Under the pieces are notes generated by a model that was not told where the DNA came from, ran no database searches, and was given only the letters and a program-made list of their open reading frames with translations. Positions 57,788 through 64,000 of a stretch of 64,000 nt of DNA are shown piece after piece. The stretch covers positions 192,001 to 256,000 of the forward strand of contig CAVUWD010000016.1 in the NCBI GenBank assembly GCA_963745025.1, read 5' to 3'. The position numbers were made by a program, and so were the translations under genes. Every line of letters begins with the position of its first letter. Positions within the stretch are counted from its first letter, which is position 1. This DNA comes from an uncultured delta proteobacterium. Lineage in GTDB: Bacteria > Desulfobacterota > Binatia > JACPRU01.

Positions 57788-58023
57788 GATCGACACGAAA
57801 GAGGTCCGCCAGTTAAACCGCTTCCCGCTCCCGATCTGCGACGACGATCGGATTGAAGCGCCCGCACTATAGGAATAGAATGAAATAACGGCACGGTGGA
57901 ACACTCTATATCGCCATCGCCGATCGCCCAACCTACGCACAAAGGGCGATAGCAGATGTCAACACGAGTGGTGTCGATCCTCAAAACACTCGGGTCGCGA
58001 CAGTCCGGTTTCGGAGAGCCGCC

Positions 58024-58488
58024 ATGAACGCTATGCGTTGGAACGAAGATTCGATCCGTGACTTTTTCCGGCATGATCACGAACGCTTGGACCGATTGCT
58101 TGCCGAGTTCCGAAGTTCGAAGCGGACTGACTTCGCCCGCGCCGCAGAAGCGTTCCGCAAGTTTGCAGCGGGGCTCAAGCGCCACATCCGGTGGGAGGAA
58201 GAAGTTCTCTTCTCTGCGTTCGAGACAGACGACGAGAACCGCACGAGTGGCCCCACAGTGGTGATGCGCGCAGAGCACCGAAAGATCGAGGAGGCCCTTC
58301 AGAGACTAGACGATTGCGTCCGCGATGGAAATCCAGACTGTGACGAGGACGACGCCCGTCTCCTCGAGATCCTGCAGGCTCACAACTTTAAGGAAGAGCG
58401 AGTGGTTTATCCCCTGGTCGATCGGATGCTCGGCGCTGCTGAGAAGGAGGCGCTCCTTCACCGCATCCACGCCCTCTCCTCGAGCTGA
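58024..58488 (+). CDS. Hemerythrin (HHE) domain protein
   Basis: DHERLD, RHIRWEEEVLF, EHRKI, HNFKEERVVYP. Confidence 0.92.
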   Translation: MNAMRWNEDSIRDFFRHDHERLDRLLAEFRSSKRTDFARAAEAFRKFAAGLKRHIRWEEEVLFSAFETDDENRTSGPTVVMRAEHRKIEEALQRLDDCVRDGNPDCDEDDARLLEILQAHNFKEERVVYPLVDRMLGAAEKEALLHRIHALSSS

Positions 58489-58740
58489 AGCTCACGCGCC
58501 ACTGCCTTGTTGGAGGCGGACTGAAACGCGAGCGTACCGAACGAGCTGGGCGCTCGCACACTAGACGACCTCGCTCGCTTCCTCGTCGCTCGGAAGCCCG
58601 ACTCGTCGCGCCACCTCGGCCTCGGAGTATCCCCTCTCGAGAAGCCGAGCCGCGCGCATCCGCCACTTCTCCAATCCAACGAAGTCCCGCGCCGCATCTC
58701 ACCTGGAAATCCCATGCGTCGCCGATCCCCGGGCGATCCC

Positions 58741-60126
58741 TCAAAAGTGGAACGATACCTCGGCCGTCCCGTTTGGCGTCCAGTCGGTGGTCAGACCTTC
58801 GCGATTGAGCGGAACGATGGCGTTGAAGCCGAAGACCAGGTCCTTGTAGGGGTTCAGCTTGATGCCGGGGATGATCTCGAATTTGTGGATGTCATCGCCC
58901 GACACCTGCAACCGGGCGACTTGGTCGAGCAATATGGTCATCCAACTGGTGGCTCGAAATTCGCCGCCGACGGAGTAGTCGAAGCGGTCCCGGTCACTGT
59001 CGTCCACGTCGGCATGAAAGCCCAAGTTGACATGACCGGCCAACAGGTCGTTTGCCATGGAGGCGACGACGCGCGGATCGAAGCGGACTGAACCGACGCC
59101 TTCGAGGTTGTCCTGGTCCCCTGTGGGAAGTGACGTGTTGAGGAGGAGCCCGAGCTCGGCGGGCCCGACCATGCCGAAGTAGTACTTGGTGCGGAGCACG
59201 ATGTCGCCGATCCCCGTACTGTTCTGGGTGAAGCTTACGCCGGAGTGCGGGGCGAAGACGGCGTCGACGTCCGATTCCCTTATGTCGTTGAGGCTCCGGA
59301 ACGGATGCAATTGCCCGTCGTTCTGCAATTCGAGGAGCGTTCCCTTCGGGGCTGGCGCGCCGCTCGGCAAAACCGTGTCCGTGGTCAGTCGCGCGAAGAA
59401 GTTCGAGACCGCCTTCCCTTTGAAGTCGGTTTGAACGATGGGTATGAAGATGCCGACGTCGAAGTTGTCGAAAACCCCGTACTGTGCCGAGAAGCCATAG
59501 AACTGCTGGCGCAGCTTGAAATTGAAGTACATCACGTCGACGAGCTCTGCGCCTCCCAAGTCGACTCCGAGACTCGAGAACGGAATGGGTCTCGAAGCCA
59601 GAACGAACACGCTGTCGCTCGGGAAATCATTGAAGTGCGTGTAGTCGAGATAGGAATAGGAAAAGCCGAACGTCAGCGTGTTGCGCCCGTTGGTCGGGGC
59701 TTCCTGCGAGATGGCCGGAGCCATCGGACGCTGCGCTCGAGTGAAGATTTCGAGCTTGGGATCGAACGTGTAGAGCACGCTGATCGATCCCGAAGGGATC
59801 GGGACGCCGTCGAGCGACGAACGCGCTTCGTTGGAGAACGTGTCGAACTCGGGAATGGTGGTTGACAGCCCTTGAAACGCCGGCACTCCCGCGCCTTGCA
59901 GGATCGCAGTCGCCGTGTACCGCTGGGCGAGCGAGAAGAAGCCGGAGATCGACTTGTCGACCGGTCCGAAGGCGTTGCCGAATTGTTGCTGAAACTCGCC
60001 GAGCGGCACGTACTGGGTTTGTGCGTGAACGCTCGGAGCGGTTAGGATCGCCATCGCTCCTACGACCAGCCAGCTCGCAATTCGTCGGGATTTCGCCCGC
60101 CCCAATCCCGGAGACCTAGTCGCCAT
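58741..60126 (-). CDS. Outer-membrane beta-barrel channel, paralogue of 56311-57600
   Basis: Signal peptide, GIGDIVLRTKY, LPTG, VPLNREGL, C-terminal F. Confidence 0.7.
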   Translation of the reverse strand: MATRSPGLGRAKSRRIASWLVVGAMAILTAPSVHAQTQYVPLGEFQQQFGNAFGPVDKSISGFFSLAQRYTATAILQGAGVPAFQGLSTTIPEFDTFSNEARSSLDGVPIPSGSISVLYTFDPKLEIFTRAQRPMAPAISQEAPTNGRNTLTFGFSYSYLDYTHFNDFPSDSVFVLASRPIPFSSLGVDLGGAELVDVMYFNFKLRQQFYGFSAQYGVFDNFDVGIFIPIVQTDFKGKAVSNFFARLTTDTVLPSGAPAPKGTLLELQNDGQLHPFRSLNDIRESDVDAVFAPHSGVSFTQNSTGIGDIVLRTKYYFGMVGPAELGLLLNTSLPTGDQDNLEGVGSVRFDPRVVASMANDLLAGHVNLGFHADVDDSDRDRFDYSVGGEFRATSWMTILLDQVARLQVSGDDIHKFEIIPGIKLNPYKDLVFGFNAIVPLNREGLTTDWTPNGTAEVSFHF

Positions 60127-60446
60127 ATCCCCTCCGTCCGTTTGAAGGCGCTTCATACCATCCAAGCGAAGCAGTTTGCCATCGGCCGAGCAGTCCTCAT
60201 ACCGGGACCTGGGGATAGGCGGTATTAGCACCCGAAGTTGTAAGGCCTGACCTCGGACGCACGGCGCCCCCCACTTCCGCCTCGGAACGCCTCTTTTCCA
60301 CGATGCGCGCACGGCGCTCATCAGCCAGGTCGGGGTCTTCAATCCTCTTGGAAGTCGAAAAATTCCAGGAAGCTCCTACCCGTCGCGGTACGTTGAGCCA
60401 ATCATCTTCGCTGCGGCTTGCAGGTTATCGCCGGCGTGCACGGGAC

Positions 60447-63400
60447 TCACGGCGTGGCGACCCACCGCCCGTTGGCGAGGTGAAGGTGCTTGGTGATCCG
60501 GGGCAAGGCGCGCTCCATCGCCGTGCCGCGCGGATCGGTCCAACGATCCGTGCGATCGAAGCTGACGACCACCTCGTCGCCGCTTGTGCGTATCGACGGA
60601 TTCGTGCAGGACACCTTGAGATCGCTCATCGATGCGAGCGCATCCCGCATGCGCGCCGCTTCCGTCTCGCTCGTGAGGTGGCCGAGCGTGAGCAGCGCCT
60701 CGACGTCCTTCTTCTCGAACGCCGTGCAGTAAGCCTGGATCCAGGCCTGAGCCCCAGCACGGGGATCGGGCTTGTCGACTTCTCTCTTCAAATCGGGAGT
60801 CGGAATCACGGGCCGGACCGACAGGTTCCAGGTGTTTGCGATCGCCGCTCCCCAGGGCGCCGTTGCGCGCACCTCGATCACGTACTCGCCCGGCGACTGG
60901 GGCTGGAAGTCGTAGGCCGGCCCGTCTGCGCCTTGGGCGGGCTCGCCATTGACCCTCCAGAGGAACGCGAGTTTCTCGCCTTGCGATAGATTGACCGGCG
61001 CTCGAAAACTGACCTGGACGCCGGGTTTTCGCTCGACGCTCCGGTTCGCAGGCTCGAGCGCGGCGAAGCCGAGCGGCGGGGCCTCGATTTCGACGTCCCA
61101 GCTTCGGAGCGGGGTCGGTAATCCTTCGCGCACTGCCACGACGTCGAGGCGCTTGCGCCCGGGAGTCCCGGTAACCTCCTTGCCAAGGACGATGCTTCGT
61201 CCGCGCCCTACCGTCTCGCCGCCGAGCTGCCACAGCAGAGACCGGTCGTCGCCGTTCTTCAACGAGGCATCGAAACGGGGCTCGGATCCGGTGCGCACTC
61301 TAACGGTCCGTGTCGTCGGCCGTGCGCTGGCTAGGACCAACGGCTGGGGACGTTCTGCCACCGTGGGCTGCACGACCGGAGGCAGGGTCGCCTCGACGGC
61401 CGGAGGTATTGTCGCCTCGACGACCGGCGCATTGGTGGGCGGGGCGGAGATCGGGGCCAACGTAGGCTCGAGAGGTGGCGCGACCGTCGCACGGGCTTCG
61501 ACCGCCACGGTCGGCTCTGGTTCGCGAGACATCGTCGGCTCGGAGATGGGGGGCGTCCGCAAAGCTCCTGCGATCTTGGGCTCGGACGGTGTCTTAGGGC
61601 GACCGATCCAGACGAGGGTCCCTACGAGGCACGCCGCCGCCGCCCCACCTCCAATCGCAACGGCTCTCCAGGCGAAGCCGCTAACCGGCGCAGTCGCCTG
61701 CTGAGCGGCGGCCTGTTCGAGAAGCGCGCCGACCGATGACTCGATCTCGTCGAGCCGCCGGCCGGCCTCACTCTCGTTGGCTACGGCGAGCGCGTCGTCG
61801 GCGGCAGCGAGCGCCCTGCGGATCGCCTTGAGCCGGCGCCGCGTCCGGCGAGTGGTCGGGAGGTGACCGAGCCGTTCGACGACCGCGGCCCGCCGCCGAC
61901 CGAGGGCGGCCAGGCGCTCGACGCGCTCGTCTTCCTCGATCTCGGCGCAGAGCTCCGCGAGGGCATGCTGGCCCGCGGCGAAGCGGCTCGCAGCCTCGGC
62001 GAAACGCTCCGCCTCGTAGAGCTCGAGACCGCGATCGACGTCGTCTCGACCCCGGGCGAATCGCTGATCGCGCGTGGCACGCTCGCCGAGACGTTCGGCC
62101 GCCGCCAGCGCGGCTTGTGCTCGTTCGCGGGCTGCGCTGGCTTCGTCGCGTGCGCGCTTGAGCTCGAGCTCGGCGCGCGCCTCAGCGATGCGCCGATCGA
62201 GCTCGGGGAGCGACTCCTCGAGAATGCGGATCGCTTCCGACGGGTCTCCTTGACCCGCGTGCTGCTCCGCAGAGGCGAGGGCGTCGAGCAATCGGCGACT
62301 GTGCGGGGCGTCGAGGGCTCCGGCGCCGAGAGCGCCGAGTGCTCTGGTCCTCTGGGTCGCCTCGGCGCGGACTGAGGTGAGGCGCGCGAGGATGCGCTCC
62401 CGCTCGATCCTTTGGGAGATGGCTTGGGCGAGATCGCTCAGACGCTTGCCGGCGGAGCGAAGCGGCGGAAGCGCCGCTGCGTATTCGCCACGGCCGAACT
62501 CCGATTCGGCGCGGTCGGCCTCATCGACCGCAGCCGCGAGCTCGGAGGCCTCCGCGCCCGCGGGCGTGCCTGCGGAAGCAACCGCCGCGCGCGCGCTGCG
62601 TAGGGACTCCAGCGCCGCCTGCGCGGCGGGCTCGGCATTGCGGTTCCGCTCGGCGGCGCGCCTGGCGATTTGACTTTCGAGCTCCTCGACCGCCGTGAGC
62701 GTGCCTTCGAACGCCGCGAGCGCCTCGAGGTGTCGCCCCTCCGCCACCAATCGCTGCGCCGCATCGGCCGCGGCGTGTGTCTGGGCATGCGCGGGGTCGG
62801 TGGGATCCATATCCGGCGACGAATCAATCGACGCCAGGCGCGAGCGGAGGCGCTCGGAGAGATCGTCGACGTGCTGCGAGAGAAGCCGTACCCGACGCCG
62901 ATCCACTTCGGCGAGCAGGGCCATTCCGGCGGCCGCGGCTTGCGATGCCCCCTCGAAATCGCCTGCGGATGTGGAGGCGCGCGCAGCCCTCGCCCGGGTC
63001 TCGGCGAGATCTACGTCGGCCAGGCCGGCTGCTTCGCGCAGCTGCTCGGGAAGGGGCGCAAGCTCCGCGTGGGTCGAGGCGATCGCCGCCTCGAGGCGAT
63101 CGCACGCCGCCAACGCATCGAGGCGCAACTGCTCCCGTCGAGCCGTCTCGTGAGCCTCGCGCCACGCCCGCTCGGCCTGGGCGAGCGCTTGGCCCCCGCC
63201 CGTGAGGTCGCCGACCTCGAGCGCCCGCTCGAGAACCCGAGTCGCTTCGACGGCGGCCACCACGGACTGGGGTGCAAGTCGTTCGGCACCGGCGGCGAGA
63301 GCGACCCCTCGCAGCTCGGCGAGCGCGGCGAGGCCACGCACAAGCCGGTTGCGCTCGGCGGCGCGCAGGGTCTGTTCGCGCTCGGCGGCGCGCAGGGCCT

Positions 63401-64000
63401 GTTCGCGCTCGGCGGCGCGCAGGGCGATTTGACTTTCGAGCTCCCCGACCGCCGTGAGCGTGCCTTCGAACGCCGCGAGCGCGTCGAGGTGTCGCCCCTC
63501 CGCCGCCAGCCGGTGCGCGGCATCGGCCGCCGCCTGAGTCTCGGCATACGCCCCAGCGCTGGGTTCCAGGTCCGGCGACGAATCGATCGACGCCAGACGC
63601 GCTCGCAGGCGCTCCGACAGCTCGTCGACCCGCTCGGCGAGGCGCTGGGTGCGCCGCCGGTCGACTTCGGCGAGCAATGCGATTCCGTCGGCTGCGGCTT
63701 GCGATGCCCCCGCGAAATCCGCCGCGGTGACCGAGCTGCGGGCGGCCTTTGCTCTGGCTTCGGCGAGGCCCATGTCGGCGAGGGGGATGGCGTCACGCAG
63801 GTGCTCGGGAAGGCGCGCGACCTCCGCGCGGGTTGCGGCGATCGCCGCCTCGAGGCGATCGCAGGCCGCCAGCGCATCGAGGCGCAACTGCTCCCGTCGA
63901 GCCGTCTCGTGAGCCTCGCGCCACGCACGCTCGGCCTCGGCGAGCGCCCGGCCCCCGCCCGTGAGATCACCGACTTCGAGCGCCCGCTCCAGAGCCCGAG
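60447..64000 (-). CDS. Large membrane-anchored helical-repeat protein (partial, continues past the window)
   Basis: Frame open to the window end. Ala/Glu/Arg helical repeats, one TM (AVAIGGGAAAACLVGTLVWI), Pro-rich linker, two Ig-like units and an NTF2-like C-terminus. Confidence 0.8.
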   Translation of the reverse strand, partial: RALERALEVGDLTGGGRALAEAERAWREAHETARREQLRLDALAACDRLEAAIAATRAEVARLPEHLRDAIPLADMGLAEARAKAARSSVTAADFAGASQAAADGIALLAEVDRRRTQRLAERVDELSERLRARLASIDSSPDLEPSAGAYAETQAAADAAHRLAAEGRHLDALAAFEGTLTAVGELESQIALRAAEREQALRAAEREQTLRAAERNRLVRGLAALAELRGVALAAGAERLAPQSVVAAVEATRVLERALEVGDLTGGGQALAQAERAWREAHETARREQLRLDALAACDRLEAAIASTHAELAPLPEQLREAAGLADVDLAETRARAARASTSAGDFEGASQAAAAGMALLAEVDRRRVRLLSQHVDDLSERLRSRLASIDSSPDMDPTDPAHAQTHAAADAAQRLVAEGRHLEALAAFEGTLTAVEELESQIARRAAERNRNAEPAAQAALESLRSARAAVASAGTPAGAEASELAAAVDEADRAESEFGRGEYAAALPPLRSAGKRLSDLAQAISQRIERERILARLTSVRAEATQRTRALGALGAGALDAPHSRRLLDALASAEQHAGQGDPSEAIRILEESLPELDRRIAEARAELELKRARDEASAARERAQAALAAAERLGERATRDQRFARGRDDVDRGLELYEAERFAEAASRFAAGQHALAELCAEIEEDERVERLAALGRRRAAVVERLGHLPTTRRTRRRLKAIRRALAAADDALAVANESEAGRRLDEIESSVGALLEQAAAQQATAPVSGFAWRAVAIGGGAAAACLVGTLVWIGRPKTPSEPKIAGALRTPPISEPTMSREPEPTVAVEARATVAPPLEPTLAPISAPPTNAPVVEATIPPAVEATLPPVVQPTVAERPQPLVLASARPTTRTVRVRTGSEPRFDASLKNGDDRSLLWQLGGETVGRGRSIVLGKEVTGTPGRKRLDVVAVREGLPTPLRSWDVEIEAPPLGFAALEPANRSVERKPGVQVSFRAPVNLSQGEKLAFLWRVNGEPAQGADGPAYDFQPQSPGEYVIEVRATAPWGAAIANTWNLSVRPVIPTPDLKREVDKPDPRAGAQAWIQAYCTAFEKKDVEALLTLGHLTSETEAARMRDALASMSDLKVSCTNPSIRTSGDEVVVSFDRTDRWTDPRGTAMERALPRITKHLHLANGRWVATP
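62650..64000. repeat. ~759-bp tandem intragenic repeat containing three 27-bp repeats
   Basis: AGGCGCAACTGCTCCCGTCGAGCCGTCTCGTGAGCCTCGCGCCACGC occurs at 63121 and 63880. GCGCTCGGCGGCGCGCAGGG occurs at 63351, 63378 and 63405. Confidence 0.85.

Overview
High-GC bacterial window, probably a diderm and possibly from a Binatota/deltaproteobacterium-like MAG (inferred from gene content, not tested). It has four blocks. (1) ~1-35 kb is a large cell-surface glycosylation locus: GT9, GT2, GT4, an LPS kinase, five GT-C-type membrane glycosyltransferases (some with discoidin or CBM-like tails, one a deletion remnant), polyprenol-phosphate GT2s, a DegT aminotransferase, methyltransferases, SGNH proteins, GlpD, AsnB, two LPG-synthase-type membrane proteins, an LbH acyltransferase, epimerases and PAP2. 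(2) ~35-45 kb holds an HtrA protease, a CofC-like protein next to a degenerate CobS, and a nitrogen island (porin-PII-amt*-receiver-amt) driven by back-to-back sigma54 promoters. The island also has a second, divergent PII coupled to an unannotated 48-aa membrane ORF. (3) ~45-52 kb is the most striking part: a close homologue of the radical-SAM tryptophan lyase NosL/NocL with no thiopeptide cluster in view, facing a TolC + PaaK-family acyl ligase operon, with an internally deleted MaoC gene and an orphan histidine kinase nearby. (4) ~52-64 kb has a ZMP/ZTP riboswitch with terminator ahead of aminotransferase-serA-purA, two paralogous beta-barrel genes around a hemerythrin gene and a mobile-element scar, and a large membrane-anchored repeat protein cut by the window edge. 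All family calls come from motif recognition by eye. No database searches were run.
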